Source: Candidatus Eiseniibacteriota bacterium
GTDB taxonomy: Bacteria > Eisenbacteria > RBG-16-71-46
Direction: 5' to 3'
Length of the DNA: 64,000 nucleotides
NCBI GenBank assembly: GCA_963744995.1
Contig: CAVUWA010000009.1
Location: 160,001-224,000, forward strand
The notes beneath the pieces were generated by a model. It did not search any database, had not been told where the DNA came from, and saw only the letters and a program-made list of their open reading frames with translations. Below are positions 9,818 through 20,902 of the stretch, piece after piece; the first letter of the stretch is position 1, and each line of letters starts with the position of its first letter. A program made the position numbers and the translations under genes.

Positions 9818-10776
9818 GCGCCTGGCTGGATTTCGAGAAGCCCGTGCTCGAGCTCGAGCAGAAGATCGAAGAGCTGCGCGACCAGGCGAACGAGCGCGGG
9901 CTCGACGCCGACAAGGAGCTGGAGGATCTCGAGCGCAAGGCCGAGCAGCTGCGCCGCGAGATCTACTCCGGTCTCACGCCGTACCAGCGCGTGCAACTCG
10001 CGCGGCACCCGCGGCGGCCCTACTCGCTCGACTACATCGGGGCGATCTTCCAGGACTTCGACGAGCTGCACGGCGACCGCGGATTCGCGGACGATCCGGC
10101 GATCGTCGCGGGGCCCTGCATGCTCGATGGGCGGCCGGTGATGGTGATCGGGCAGCAGAAGGGGCGCGACACGAAGGAGAACCTCAAGCGCCGCTTCGGC
10201 ATGCCCAACCCGGAGGGCTACCGGAAGGCGCTGCGGCTGATGCGGATGGCCGACCGCTTCTCGATGCCGATCGTGACGCTCGTGGACACGCCGGGCGCCT
10301 ATCCCGGTCTCGGCGCCGAGGAGCGCGGGCAGGCCGAGGCGATCGCGGTCAACCTGCGCGAGATGGCGCGCCTCACGGTGCCGATCGTGACCGCGGTGAT
10401 CGGCGAAGGCGGCTCGGGGGGCGCGCTGGCGATCGCCGTCAGCAACGTGGTGCTGATGTTCGAGAACTCGGTGTATTCGGTGATCTCTCCCGAAGGCTGC
10501 GCGTCGATCCTGTGGCGCGACGGCAAAAAGGCGTCGCTCGCCGCCGCGGCGCTCAAGCTCACCGGACGCGACCTCGCCCAGCTCGGGATCGTGGACGGCA
10601 TCCTGCCCGAGCCCGTGGGGGGCGCCCATCGCGACCCCGCGACGGCCGCCGCCACCCTGAAGGACGCGCTGACGGAGCACCTGGACCGGCTGGCGGCCCT
10701 CGCTCCCGGAGCGCTGGTCGAAGATCGGCTGAAGAAGTTCCGCCGCATGGGGGTATATACGGAGGGCGGCGCTTGA
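9814..10776 (+). CDS. accA: Acetyl-CoA carboxylase carboxyltransferase alpha subunit
   Basis: LDFEKP, ARHPRRPY, FGMPNPEGYRKALRLM, DTPGAYPG.GAEERGQ, GEGGSGGALA; ATGA overlap with dnaE stop. Confidence 0.97.
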   Translation: MSAWLDFEKPVLELEQKIEELRDQANERGLDADKELEDLERKAEQLRREIYSGLTPYQRVQLARHPRRPYSLDYIGAIFQDFDELHGDRGFADDPAIVAGPCMLDGRPVMVIGQQKGRDTKENLKRRFGMPNPEGYRKALRLMRMADRFSMPIVTLVDTPGAYPGLGAEERGQAEAIAVNLREMARLTVPIVTAVIGEGGSGGALAIAVSNVVLMFENSVYSVISPEGCASILWRDGKKASLAAAALKLTGRDLAQLGIVDGILPEPVGGAHRDPATAAATLKDALTEHLDRLAALAPGALVEDRLKKFRRMGVYTEGGA

Positions 10777-10958
10777 AGGGGCGCCGAGCCCGCTGCTAGA
10801 CTTGCGCTCCACCCGTTTCCCGCGCGGCCGGGGACCCGGCGGCCGCCGCCTCGAGGGCACGCCATCGCATCTGGTTACGCGTCGTTTCCCTATGTCTCCC
10901 GCGCACGGTGCTGCGTGCCGTGCGGCCCGGCGTTACCGCGAACCCCGAGGAAGCTAAG

Positions 10959-11126
10959 ATGGCTCTGACTCCCGATCTGCTGAACATCCTGGTATGCCCG
11001 GCCTGCAAGGGCGACCTGGCCTACGACGAGGCGGCGGGCACGCTGACGTGTGAGGCGTGCCGTCTGCGCTACAAGGTCGTCGACGACATTCCGGTGATGC
11101 TGATCGACGAGGCCGAGAAGTTCTGA
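10959..11126 (+). CDS. Trm112/YcaR family small protein
   Basis: [14 protein letters not shown]...[29 protein letters not shown]. Confidence 0.9.
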   Translation: MALTPDLLNILVCPACKGDLAYDEAAGTLTCEACRLRYKVVDDIPVMLIDEAEKF

Positions 11127-11149
11127 GCGCCGCGAAAGATCCTTCATCG

Positions 11150-14100
11150 ATGGTGCGTCCCTCGGGGTTCCACGCCCCGCTCGTCCCGTGCTTCGCCCTC
11201 GCCGTCGCGCTCTGCGTGGCCGGGTCCGCATCCGCCGCACCGGCGGTCCCGCGGGCGGCGGGCGATGCGGACGGCCTGCTCGCGCCGCGTGACGTGACGG
11301 CCGGAGCGGCGCCGCGCGTGCTGCCGGGCGGCGTGAGGGTCCCGACGCCCGCCGGGCCGCCCGCCGCCGCGCCCGGTCTCGAAGCGGCGCGGGCGGGGGT
11401 GCGGCTCGTCGGAGCCGGATCCGCGAGCGTCCAGTTCGAGGTCGCCGTTCCGGAGCCGGACGTTCGAGCGCTGGAGGGGGGACGGGGGTTCCAGTCGCTG
11501 ACGCTCGACGGCTACGACCTGCGCGGCGAGGTGGGCGGTCCCGCGCTGCCGCGGCGTGAAGTGTTCGTCGCAGTGCCGCCCACCGGCGCAGTGCGGGTGC
11601 GGGCGATCGGCCTCGACGCGGCGCGCCGGGGGCCGTTGCGGCTCGCGCCGCTCCCGGCGGCCGGGGCCGGCGCGTCCGAAGCGGTTCGCTACGACGCACT
11701 CCCCGAAGCCTACGCGCGCGGCAGCGATGCGGCCCCCGAGCGCGCCCGGCTGCTCGGCGTATCGTGGATGCGCGGGCAACGCGTGGCCGAAATCGAGATC
11801 CTGCCGGTGTCCTACGTGCCGGCCACCGGCGTGACGAACGTGTACGCGCGGATCGCGGTGACGGTCGAATTCTCCGGCGCTGCGGTCTCCGGCCCGCCGG
11901 CGGCGGAACCGACCCGTCCCGATCCGTTCGAAGGTGTCTACCGCAGCGTGCTCGTCAACTACGAACAGGGTCGCGCCTGGCGCCGGCCGCTCGAAGGCGG
12001 CCGGGCCGCGCGACCGGCCGGCGTTCAGGGGGTCGTCACGGTGCCGGACACCAGCGTGTTCGCCGGCCGTACCTGGGCGAAGATCGTGATCTCGAAGACC
12101 GGTTTCTACCGCGTGAACTTCGCGTCGCTCGCCCTGCTCCCGGAATTCGCCGGCACCACCGGCACGAAACTCGATTCACTGCGCATGTTCACCTGGCCCG
12201 GCTTCCCGGTCCTGCCGGAGGCCAGCTACTGCGACTCTTGCGACTTCCGCGAGGTGGCGATCTCGGTGATCGACGGAGCGTCCGGCGACGGCGAGTTCGA
12301 CGACAGCGACGACTACCTCGAGTTCTTCGCGATGGGCCCGAGCGACTGGGCCGACCTCTACGATCCGGCCCGGCCGGACACGGTGTTCATCAACAATCCC
12401 TACGAGACGAACAGCTACTACTACCTGACGATCGCCACCGCGTCGCTGCCGGTCGGCGGAGTGCCGCGCCGCTACGGCAATCGCTCCGGGCAGATCCTGA
12501 ACGGTGCGGCGGCGACCCCCGCCACGTTCGAGGCCCGGCAGCACTTCGAGAAGGACCTCGAGTACTTCCCGGATGCCACGACCCGGAACAACTTCGACGT
12601 CGTGAACACGCTGTTCTGGGAGAAGTGGTTCTGGCGCAGCTTCACCGGGAGTCCGGGCTTCAGCCCGACGTTCGACCTGCCGAACCTCGATCCGTCGCTG
12701 CCGGCGCGGGTGCGCACCAGCGTGTGGGGGATCAGCACGTCGGCCCCGTGCGCGACCGCCAATCACGCGGCGCGCGTGTCCGTGAACGGCGGCCCGGCCA
12801 CCCTGCGCTACTGGGGCCCGACGTCGAGCCCGCCGACCAACACCGGCCACATCTTCGACGACTCGCTCGCTGCGGGGGCCCTGATGGAGGCCGGCAACAC
12901 GCTCGCGGTCGATGCCGCGCCGCTGCCGTGCCCCACCATCTCACAGCGGGTCGCCCTGGCCTGGTTCGACGTGTTCTATCCGCAGCGCTACGCGGCGATC
13001 GACGACGCGCTCACATTCGACGGACCGCGCTCGCCCGGCGACTACATCTATCGCGTGACGGGCTTCACGGTGTCGACCCCGCCGCGGGTGATCGACGTCA
13101 CGGACGCGTACGGGCCGGTCGAGATCACGAATCTGGAATATGCGGACGCCGGCAACGGCACATGGACCCTGCGCTTCGAGAGCGTCGAGCCCGGCCGGCG
13201 CCGCTACCGCATCATTCAGCCGGCGGACGTGATCGACCTCACGTCGACCTCGCTGCGCAGTGCGCTGGCGACGAGCACCGAGAACCTGCGCTCGCCGTCG
13301 CTGGGCGCCGACTACGTGGTGATCTACTACGACCCGTTCAAGCCGGCGGCGGACTCGCTGCTGGCCTGGCGGGAGAGCCACCTGCCGCTGGTCGGCGGCA
13401 CGGCGCCGTACCTGACGATGGGGGTGCCGATCTCGGCCCTGTTCGATCAGTTCTCGGGCGGCCGCACCGACCCCGCGGCGATCCGCAACTTCCTGCGCGC
13501 CGCCGCCACCAACTGGAGCCGGGTTCCGGCTTTCGTCACGCTGCTCGGCGACGCCTCCTACGACTTCAAGGACTACCTGGGCCGCGCCCGGTCGGGCGAC
13601 CCCGGATCGCTGCTGCCGTCGTATGAAAACGGCTTCGACACGAACCCCAGCGTGCGCCGGCAGTATTCGACGGACGACTGGCTCCTCAACGTGGACGACG
13701 CGACGAGGATCATCCCCGACTTCTACGGCGGGCGCATTCCCGCCGGCGACCTGGCGGCTGCGAACACCTACGTTCGGAAGAAGCTGCTGGCGTACGAGCG
13801 GAGCGGCGTGTACGGCGACTTCCGCAACCGTTTCATGCTGATCGCCGACGACGACAAGCAGGGTTCGAATCCCGACAATCTGCAGTGGACGCACGTGCAC
13901 CAGACGGCGCAACTGGACGAGAATTTCACGCCGGTGCACATCGATCGCCAGTACGTCTACCTGCACAAGTACCCGGACGGTCCGGGCAGCACCAAGCCCG
14001 GCGCCAAGGCCGACATCATCAACGGCATCGACGAGGGCGTCGCGGTGGTGAACTTCGTCGGCCACGGCAGTCCGTTCAAGATGGCCGACGAGAGCGTGTT

Positions 14101-15580
14101 CCTCGACACCGACGCGGGTGCGCTCACCAACGCCGACCGGCTCGCCGTGTTCATCGCCGCCTCGTGCGACATCGGCAAGTTCAACGATCCGACCGTGCCG
14201 AGTCTGGGGGAGCGTCTGGTGCTGGGCGGCAACGGTGGCGCAGTCGGCGTGATCTCGGCCACCGAGCTGGCCTTGAGCAGCCAGAATTCGCAGCTCAACC
14301 AGACGGTGTACAGCGGCATCTTCAACCGGGGCGCGGGCGGCCCGTACGAAGAGGGGCTGGCGCAGGCGCTGCTCGCGGCCAAGCTGGGCTCTTCGACGAC
14401 GCAGAAGTACCAGCTGATGGGCGACTCCGGACTGAGACTCAATCTGCCGCGGCTCTGGGCCGAGATGACCCTCTGGGACTCGGCCGGCACGACGCCCGAG
14501 ACCGAGATCACACGCGGGCGCACGCTCATGGTGCGCGGTCAGATGTACGACTATCCGGGCGGCAGTCCGCTCGCTTATGACGGTGTGGCCTCGCTGCTGA
14601 TCGAGGATTCGGCGCCCTACGAGCAGACCCCGCCGTGCACCTTCGACCCGAATTGTTTCCGCTACTACTACTACTACACGGCCGGCCCCGTGTTCCGCGG
14701 TGACGTTGCGGTGCGCGGCGGTGTGTTCGAGAGCCGCTTCATCGTGCCCATGGAAAGCCGGCTCGGCGGCCACGGAAGGCTGCGTGCCTACTTCCACGAT
14801 GCCAGCAACGGCGGCACGGCGGTGAGCATCGACGGCGTCGGCGGCGAGCGGATGCCGGTCGCGACGGGCAGCGCTCCGGCCGGGGACACCGAGGGCCCGC
14901 TGATCACGCTGTCGTTCCCGGGCGGGGCCACGACGGTCAAGCCCGACGCGACGCTCACGATCGGCCTCGCGGACCCGAGCGGGATCCTCACCACGGGGCA
15001 CACGCTGCAGAACGGGATCATCGTCACGGTGGACGACAACACCACGGCGCGCGTGGACGTCACCGACTCGTTCCGCTACGCCGCGGACTCGTATCAGTCG
15101 GGGACGGCGACCTTCCAGCTTCCGAACCTCGATCCGGGGTCGCACAGCATCCGGGTCTCGGCGGCGGACAATCTGGCGGCGGGCCTCGATGCGGCCGCGC
15201 ATCGCGCCAGTGCCGTACTGTCGTTCGACGTGCAGACGCAGCCGCGCCTCAGGATCGCCCGGGCCTACCTGTTCCCGAACCCGATCCGCTCGGGCGGGGC
15301 CGGTTCGGGAGGGCAGTTCGTGGTGGACGTCCCCGGCGACTCGGTCAATGTGCTGATCCGGATCTATACGGTGTCGGGCCGGCAGGTGAAGGCCCTGCGG
15401 GCCTATGGCGGCCTGGGCCAGGTGCAGCTGCCCTGGGACGGTCGGGACTCCGAAGGAGCGGAGCTCGCCAATGGCGTGTATCTTTTCAAGGTCCACGTGA
15501 ATCCCCGGGACGAGCTCGGGGAAAGCGACGCCTCACGGAAGGCCACGGCGGAGGGCCGGGTGGTGGTCGTGGGGCATTGA
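11150..15580 (+). CDS. C25 (gingipain) family cysteine peptidase, PorU-like sortase, with propeptide and CTD
   Basis: TGFYRV, FSGGRTDPAAIRNFLR, LLGDASYDFK, VNFVGHGS (catalytic His), ASCDIGKF (catalytic Cys), YQLMGD. CTD YLFPNP...IYTVSGRQVK...WDGRDSEG.ELANGVYLFKV. Confidence 0.88.
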   Translation: MVRPSGFHAPLVPCFALAVALCVAGSASAAPAVPRAAGDADGLLAPRDVTAGAAPRVLPGGVRVPTPAGPPAAAPGLEAARAGVRLVGAGSASVQFEVAVPEPDVRALEGGRGFQSLTLDGYDLRGEVGGPALPRREVFVAVPPTGAVRVRAIGLDAARRGPLRLAPLPAAGAGASEAVRYDALPEAYARGSDAAPERARLLGVSWMRGQRVAEIEILPVSYVPATGVTNVYARIAVTVEFSGAAVSGPPAAEPTRPDPFEGVYRSVLVNYEQGRAWRRPLEGGRAARPAGVQGVVTVPDTSVFAGRTWAKIVISKTGFYRVNFASLALLPEFAGTTGTKLDSLRMFTWPGFPVLPEASYCDSCDFREVAISVIDGASGDGEFDDSDDYLEFFAMGPSDWADLYDPARPDTVFINNPYETNSYYYLTIATASLPVGGVPRRYGNRSGQILNGAAATPATFEARQHFEKDLEYFPDATTRNNFDVVNTLFWEKWFWRSFTGSPGFSPTFDLPNLDPSLPARVRTSVWGISTSAPCATANHAARVSVNGGPATLRYWGPTSSPPTNTGHIFDDSLAAGALMEAGNTLAVDAAPLPCPTISQRVALAWFDVFYPQRYAAIDDALTFDGPRSPGDYIYRVTGFTVSTPPRVIDVTDAYGPVEITNLEYADAGNGTWTLRFESVEPGRRRYRIIQPADVIDLTSTSLRSALATSTENLRSPSLGADYVVIYYDPFKPAADSLLAWRESHLPLVGGTAPYLTMGVPISALFDQFSGGRTDPAAIRNFLRAAATNWSRVPAFVTLLGDASYDFKDYLGRARSGDPGSLLPSYENGFDTNPSVRRQYSTDDWLLNVDDATRIIPDFYGGRIPAGDLAAANTYVRKKLLAYERSGVYGDFRNRFMLIADDDKQGSNPDNLQWTHVHQTAQLDENFTPVHIDRQYVYLHKYPDGPGSTKPGAKADIINGIDEGVAVVNFVGHGSPFKMADESVFLDTDAGALTNADRLAVFIAASCDIGKFNDPTVPSLGERLVLGGNGGAVGVISATELALSSQNSQLNQTVYSGIFNRGAGGPYEEGLAQALLAAKLGSSTTQKYQLMGDSGLRLNLPRLWAEMTLWDSAGTTPETEITRGRTLMVRGQMYDYPGGSPLAYDGVASLLIEDSAPYEQTPPCTFDPNCFRYYYYYTAGPVFRGDVAVRGGVFESRFIVPMESRLGGHGRLRAYFHDASNGGTAVSIDGVGGERMPVATGSAPAGDTEGPLITLSFPGGATTVKPDATLTIGLADPSGILTTGHTLQNGIIVTVDDNTTARVDVTDSFRYAADSYQSGTATFQLPNLDPGSHSIRVSAADNLAAGLDAAAHRASAVLSFDVQTQPRLRIARAYLFPNPIRSGGAGSGGQFVVDVPGDSVNVLIRIYTVSGRQVKALRAYGGLGQVQLPWDGRDSEGAELANGVYLFKVHVNPRDELGESDASRKATAEGRVVVVGH

Positions 15581-15680
15581 GGACCCTCAAAATGATGGAG
15601 AAAGGCCTCAGCCTGCGGTGTAGTATGGCGGCCTGCCCCTTTGTCGGAGCCCTGATTCGTTCGGGAGGACTGGAGAATCC

Positions 15681-16628
15681 ATGCGTCTTGTGATCGCGTT
15701 AATCGTAGCCCTGCTTGGACTTGGACTGGCGGGCAGTGCCCTGGCTCAGGGAACGGGCCGCTCCCTCGACATCCAGCCCGGCGCGCGCCAGAACGGCCTC
15801 GGCGCCGCGGGCGTGGCCCTCGGCGGGGATGCTACGGGAGTGACCTGGTGGAACCCGGCCGCCCTCGGATTCGTCGAGCGTTCGGCCATCGAGCTGACCT
15901 ACGCCCAGCTGGTTCCCGGGCTCGCGAACGACGTGAGCTACAACTACGCCACCTGGGTCCAGCCGGTGAAGGGCTGGGGCGCCTTCGGCGTCGGCATCGT
16001 GTTCCTGTCCTACGGCGAGAGCGAGGGCACCGACCCCAGCGGCAACTCGACGGGGATCTTCAGCTCCAACGAGTTCTCGCCGGCGCTCTACTACGGGACC
16101 CAGATCTTCCAGGATCTTTCGGTGGGCGCGTCGCTCAAATGGATCCGGATCCAGCTCGCGCCGACCAATGACCATGGAGTCGGCACGACGTTCGGCCTCG
16201 ACCTCGCCGCGCTCTATCGTATTCCGCAGTATCGCGTGAACCTAGGGGTCAATCTGCAGAACCTGGGCCCGAGCGTCACGTTCATCAACGAGGATCAGGC
16301 GAGTCCGCTCTCGCGCAACCTCAAGATCGGCGCCAGCTACGAGGTGTACAGCACGAAGGAGATCGGCGTGCTGGCGGTGTACGACTTCAACCAGTCGCTC
16401 GTCACCGATCAGTTCCGCACCTACAACTACGGGGCCGAGCTGCGCGCTTTCGAACAGCTGGCCGGCCGCATCGGCTATTACAAGGATCCGCTCGGCGAGA
16501 TCGGCGGCTTCACGTACGGCGTCGGCGTCAACTGGGGCAATCTCAATCTCGACTTCGGCAGCATTCCTCAGGCGCGCGACTCGGGGCTCGACAACGTCAG
16601 CAAGCTCACGCTGGGGTATCGCTTCTAG
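15681..16628 (+). CDS. PorV/PorQ-family (FadL-like) outer membrane beta-barrel
   Basis: LDIQPGARQNGLG.A.VAL..DA..T.WNPAALGF, YAQLVPGL, terminal LTLGYRF; lies directly after the PorU-like gene; strong RBS. Confidence 0.85.
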   Translation: MRLVIALIVALLGLGLAGSALAQGTGRSLDIQPGARQNGLGAAGVALGGDATGVTWWNPAALGFVERSAIELTYAQLVPGLANDVSYNYATWVQPVKGWGAFGVGIVFLSYGESEGTDPSGNSTGIFSSNEFSPALYYGTQIFQDLSVGASLKWIRIQLAPTNDHGVGTTFGLDLAALYRIPQYRVNLGVNLQNLGPSVTFINEDQASPLSRNLKIGASYEVYSTKEIGVLAVYDFNQSLVTDQFRTYNYGAELRAFEQLAGRIGYYKDPLGEIGGFTYGVGVNWGNLNLDFGSIPQARDSGLDNVSKLTLGYRF

Positions 16629-16721
16629 GCGGCGTCCGGCGGCGCACGACGGGCCGCGTCGCACGCGGGTCCGTCCGACGACCTGCGCCACGACGCGACC
16701 GCAACGGCACGGAACGACCAC

Positions 16722-19700
16722 TTGATTCGCAGGCAGACCCTCATCCTCCTGGCGGTGCTCACCGGTGCCGCCGGGATTTCATTTTCGTCCCGCGCGGCGA
16801 CCCTTGCGGTCGAGCGCGTGCGCGAGCCGGGCACGCAGGCCGTGCAGGGCCGGCGCGCGCTTCCGGCCGCGGGCGCGGCGCTCACGCCCGCGGAAGCGAC
16901 GGGTCTGCGGGCGAAGTCCGAGCGTTGGCGCGGCACCCGCGACTTCCTCACCACGCCGGACGTCAACTGGTCCTCCGCGGCGGCACGCCGGCCGGGCTGG
17001 CGCCCGTCATGGCACGGCCGCGCGGCGCTGACGCCGGCAGACGCCGCCGGGCTGCCGCCGGACACGATTCGCGTCGCGATCATCCGCATCGATTTTCTCC
17101 GTGATCGTGACGGCGGTCAGTCGACGGGGAACGGCCGTTTCGACCTGAGCGGGCCCGACACGACGGTGGTGCCCATCGACCGCCCGCCGCACGATCGCAC
17201 GTTCTATGCACGTCATCTCGAGGCGCTCGGCCGCTACTACGACGCCGAGTCGTACGGCCGGGTCGTGGTGACGGGGGACGTCTGGCCCGCACAGGAGGAC
17301 AGCGCCTACCACGTGAGCGACATGGCGGACTTCGGCCCGTGGGAGTTCAGCCAGGACATCTACGGGGCCGCGGTGCACATGTTCCGCACGTTCCTGTTCG
17401 CGGCGGACTCGCAGTCGGTCGCGAAGGGCGACCGCGTGCCGTGGGACTCCTACGACCGCTTCGTGCTGATCCATGCCGGCGGCGACCTGCAGAACGACGT
17501 CCGCCAGGACAGCCCGCGCGACATCCCGTCGTTCACGATCGGGGTCACCGACACGGACGTGGTGATTTTCCCGGATTCGACGCTGCGCCCGATCGACCGC
17601 GCCTCGTTCATCCCGGAGACCAACAATCAGGACGGCTACTTCGGCGCCATCAACGGCGTGCTCGCGCACGAGTGCGGCCACCTGTTCTTCGGCTTCTACG
17701 ACGTGTACGACATCAACACCGGACGCCCGGTCGTCGGATTCTGGAGCCTGATGGACAGCGGCAACCTGACCGGCGCGCGGATCGCCCTCGCCGACGGCAC
17801 CGAGATCTTCGCCACCGGGCTGGTGCCGCCGAGCATCGATCCGTTCCAGCGGCAGTTCGTCGGCGACGCGCTCGTGCCGAGCGAGGTGGCGTACCCGGAC
17901 ACGGTGACCTTACGTGACAGTGAACGCTTTCCGGACGTGCGCCGGGTGCGGCTGTCCAGCGACGAATACCTGCTGCTCGAGAACCGCTACATCGCCCCGA
18001 CCCCGTTCATCGAACTCGACCAGGACTCGCTGACGCGGGTGATTCTCGGGCCGAAGACCCCGGATCGCTACGAGTACGACGCCCTGCTGCCGGTGCGCAC
18101 GCTGCCGGACGGCACGCCGCTGCCGAGCGGAGGGGCGCTGGTGTGGCACATCGACGAGAGCGTGATCCCGCTCGAATACACCTTCCCGCTCGACACGTCG
18201 CTGCGCGTGAATCCGGACTTCGGCATCAATACCGACTACTACCGACCCGGTATTTCGGTGATCGAGGCGGACGGACTCGGCGACCTCGGCGACCCGAGTT
18301 CGCCCTACATTTTCGGCGCGCCCTACGACCCGTTCTTCCTGTCCAATTACGCGAGCCTCTCGGACACGACGGTGCCCAACCTGCGCCCGCACATCGGCAC
18401 GCGCCCGCACGTGCGGCTGAATTTCCTCGACGATCCCGGGGAGACCATGCGTATCGCTTCGTTCCGCGACTGGCAGCTGGCCGGCTGGCCGGTGCCCGGC
18501 GACTTCCCGCCGGGCGGGCCGCAGCTACTCGCCGTGGATGCCGACGGTGACCGCAACCCGGACGTCTGCTGGGCGGGGGGCGCCGAAGGCAGTCCGGACA
18601 GCACCGGGTTGTTCGCCTACGACGTGCTCGGCACCGGGCTCACGGGTGGCGCGCCGCTGTTCGCGCGCATGAACCGCCGTCCGCGCGAGATCATGGCGGC
18701 GATTCCCACCGGCACGTTCGAGGGGCCCGGGCTCCCGCAGCGCGGCCCCGCACTGTTCGCGGTCTGCACCTACCCCGATGGCCCCGATACCGCGACCGCG
18801 GGCGGGAGAGTCTGGCTGCTCGATCATCAGGGCGCGGTCCAGCCGGGCTGGCCCCCGCCGCTGCCCGCGATCGTGACGACGCCGCCGGTCGCAGGCGGGC
18901 TCTTTCCGAACGTGACGATCTACGTCGGCTGTGCGGACGGACACGTATACGCGCTCGATCTCGCCGGTCAGGTGGTCGCGGTGAGCGACGTGCCGCTCGC
19001 GGGCGGCGTGAGCGGACGGCTCGCGACCACCGGGAGCGCCGTCTCCGGCGGCATGGTGGCCGCGGGCGGGCAGGACGGCGCGGTCGCGGTGTTCGACGCG
19101 GCCACGCTCGCGACCGCGAGCGGCTGGCCGGTCGCGATGGGCGTCGCGGATTTCGTCCCCGACTTCCTCTGGCTGCACATGGCCGGCACCGGCCCCAACG
19201 CGGGGCCCGGCGCCTGCGGCGCCGGTGCGCCCCAGCTGGTGGTCCACCACCGCGCGCGGCTGTGGGCGTTCTGCGCCTCCGGGGAGGCGCTGCCGGGCTG
19301 GGGACGCGACTTCGGCGTGCCGCTCACCGCGGCGCTCGGCGCCGGCGATCCCGACGGCGACGGTCTGCCCGAGGTGCTCACGCAGAGCCGCTCGTCGTGG
19401 GTCGGATTCGTGAACGCGGGCGGCGACTTCTCGCCGGGCTGGCCCAGGCCGGGCACCGACGAGCCGTTTGCAACCGGCAGTCCGGCGCTCGCCGTGGACG
19501 TGGATGGCGACGGGCTGGGCGAGCTGGTGGCGATGAACGCGAGCGGTATCGTGCAGGCCTTCCGCCGCGACGGCCAGCGGCCGGCCGGCTGGCCGCTCGC
19601 GAGCGGCGCGGGCACGATGGGCGCGCCGGTGGCGGCCGATCTCGACCGCGACGGCGCGATGGAGATCGTGGTGCCCGACCATCTGGGCGTGCTCTACGCC

Positions 19701-20123
19701 TACACGCTGCCCGCGTCCGCGACGATCGCCCCGCCCGAGTCGCGGGCGCGCGCGACCTCGTGGACGATGGTGGGAGGCGACCCGGGGCGCAGCGGCTACC
19801 TGCCGGCCGATCGCACCAGCCTCGCGCCGGCCGCGAGCGCGGGCCCGCTGGTGGTGGGTTCGCTCAAGGCGTACCCGAATCCGGCGCGGTTCAGCGCGGT
19901 CAAGTTCGCCTATCAGCTCACCGAACCCGCCCAGGTCACGTTCCGCATCTTCGACACGTCGGGGCACATGGTCACCTCGCTCAGGCAGAGCGGGCAAATC
20001 TCCGACAACGAGGTCGTATGGGAGCCGGGGCGCACGCCGGCGGGGCTCTACCTGGTGCAGGTGCGGATCGAGGGGGCATCGGGCAGCCACGACGAGACGA
20101 TGCAGGTGGGGCTGCTGCGATGA
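16722..20123 (+). CDS. M6 (immune inhibitor A-like) metalloprotease with FG-GAP repeats and T9SS-type CTD
   Basis: LIHAG, GVLAHECGHLFFGFYDVYD, WSLMDSG, EYLLLENR, WHIDE. CTD AYPNP...RIFDTSG..V...AGLYLVQV. Confidence 0.85.
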   Translation: MIRRQTLILLAVLTGAAGISFSSRAATLAVERVREPGTQAVQGRRALPAAGAALTPAEATGLRAKSERWRGTRDFLTTPDVNWSSAAARRPGWRPSWHGRAALTPADAAGLPPDTIRVAIIRIDFLRDRDGGQSTGNGRFDLSGPDTTVVPIDRPPHDRTFYARHLEALGRYYDAESYGRVVVTGDVWPAQEDSAYHVSDMADFGPWEFSQDIYGAAVHMFRTFLFAADSQSVAKGDRVPWDSYDRFVLIHAGGDLQNDVRQDSPRDIPSFTIGVTDTDVVIFPDSTLRPIDRASFIPETNNQDGYFGAINGVLAHECGHLFFGFYDVYDINTGRPVVGFWSLMDSGNLTGARIALADGTEIFATGLVPPSIDPFQRQFVGDALVPSEVAYPDTVTLRDSERFPDVRRVRLSSDEYLLLENRYIAPTPFIELDQDSLTRVILGPKTPDRYEYDALLPVRTLPDGTPLPSGGALVWHIDESVIPLEYTFPLDTSLRVNPDFGINTDYYRPGISVIEADGLGDLGDPSSPYIFGAPYDPFFLSNYASLSDTTVPNLRPHIGTRPHVRLNFLDDPGETMRIASFRDWQLAGWPVPGDFPPGGPQLLAVDADGDRNPDVCWAGGAEGSPDSTGLFAYDVLGTGLTGGAPLFARMNRRPREIMAAIPTGTFEGPGLPQRGPALFAVCTYPDGPDTATAGGRVWLLDHQGAVQPGWPPPLPAIVTTPPVAGGLFPNVTIYVGCADGHVYALDLAGQVVAVSDVPLAGGVSGRLATTGSAVSGGMVAAGGQDGAVAVFDAATLATASGWPVAMGVADFVPDFLWLHMAGTGPNAGPGACGAGAPQLVVHHRARLWAFCASGEALPGWGRDFGVPLTAALGAGDPDGDGLPEVLTQSRSSWVGFVNAGGDFSPGWPRPGTDEPFATGSPALAVDVDGDGLGELVAMNASGIVQAFRRDGQRPAGWPLASGAGTMGAPVAADLDRDGAMEIVVPDHLGVLYAYTLPASATIAPPESRARATSWTMVGGDPGRSGYLPADRTSLAPAASAGPLVVGSLKAYPNPARFSAVKFAYQLTEPAQVTFRIFDTSGHMVTSLRQSGQISDNEVVWEPGRTPAGLYLVQVRIEGASGSHDETMQVGLLR

Positions 20124-20902
20124 GCGCCGGACGCGCGGGCGCATGCGGGGCCGCGCTGCTCTGCGCGCTGGCGGCGCCGGGTGCGGCATCCGCACTGCCG
20201 GCGCCGGTCTCGCCCGTCGCCTACCCGCTGCTGGCGGACGAGGAAGCGCCGACGCTGATGTTCGCGCAGCGCGTGATCACCCGCTCGTGGGGCCTCTCCG
20301 AGGACTCGACCTACGTCGTCGTCGACGTGCCCGACTGGCGCTCCGAGGGCGGCGCACTGGCGCTCTCGGCGGCGCTGCCGGGCGCGGGCCAGCTGTACGT
20401 CGGCGAGCACAGCGGCTACCTGTTCCTGCTCGCGGAGATCGCAGGATGGGCCGCGCACCTGTTTCTGGTCGACAAGGCCGAAACGCGCCGCGACGAAGCG
20501 CACCGCTACGCCGGCGACCCGCGGGATCCGTCGAGCAACTGGTCGTTCGAACGCTGGGCCGAGGCGACCGATGAGGATCCGACCGCGCTGGAGCAGCTCT
20601 ACGCCGGGGATCCGACCGCGTTCTACGATCGCATCTCCGACCCGGCGTATGGAGCCGGTTTCGGCAGCGCGGATGCGGGTCAGGTGTACCGCGACCTCGC
20701 CGCCAGCGCCGATCGGCGCCGCCGCTTCGCCCGCTATGCGGCGGTGGGACTATGGCTCAACCACACGGTCGCCGCCTTCGACGCGCTGCGCGCGGCGCGG
20801 ATCCACAATCTGCCGCTCAGGCGCAATCTGGAGCTGCGCATCCGCCCGTCGCTGGGGGAAGGCGGCACGGGTTTCACCGCTTCGATCGAGGGGGCTTTCT
20901 GA
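20120..20902 (+). CDS. Hypothetical exported/membrane protein (DUF5683-like), paralog A
   Basis: Signal peptide, ALSAALPGAGQLYVG..GYLFLLAEIAGW, NHTVAAFDA, ends FTASIEGAF; overlaps both neighbours. Confidence 0.65.
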   Translation: MSAGRAGACGAALLCALAAPGAASALPAPVSPVAYPLLADEEAPTLMFAQRVITRSWGLSEDSTYVVVDVPDWRSEGGALALSAALPGAGQLYVGEHSGYLFLLAEIAGWAAHLFLVDKAETRRDEAHRYAGDPRDPSSNWSFERWAEATDEDPTALEQLYAGDPTAFYDRISDPAYGAGFGSADAGQVYRDLAASADRRRRFARYAAVGLWLNHTVAAFDALRAARIHNLPLRRNLELRIRPSLGEGGTGFTASIEGAF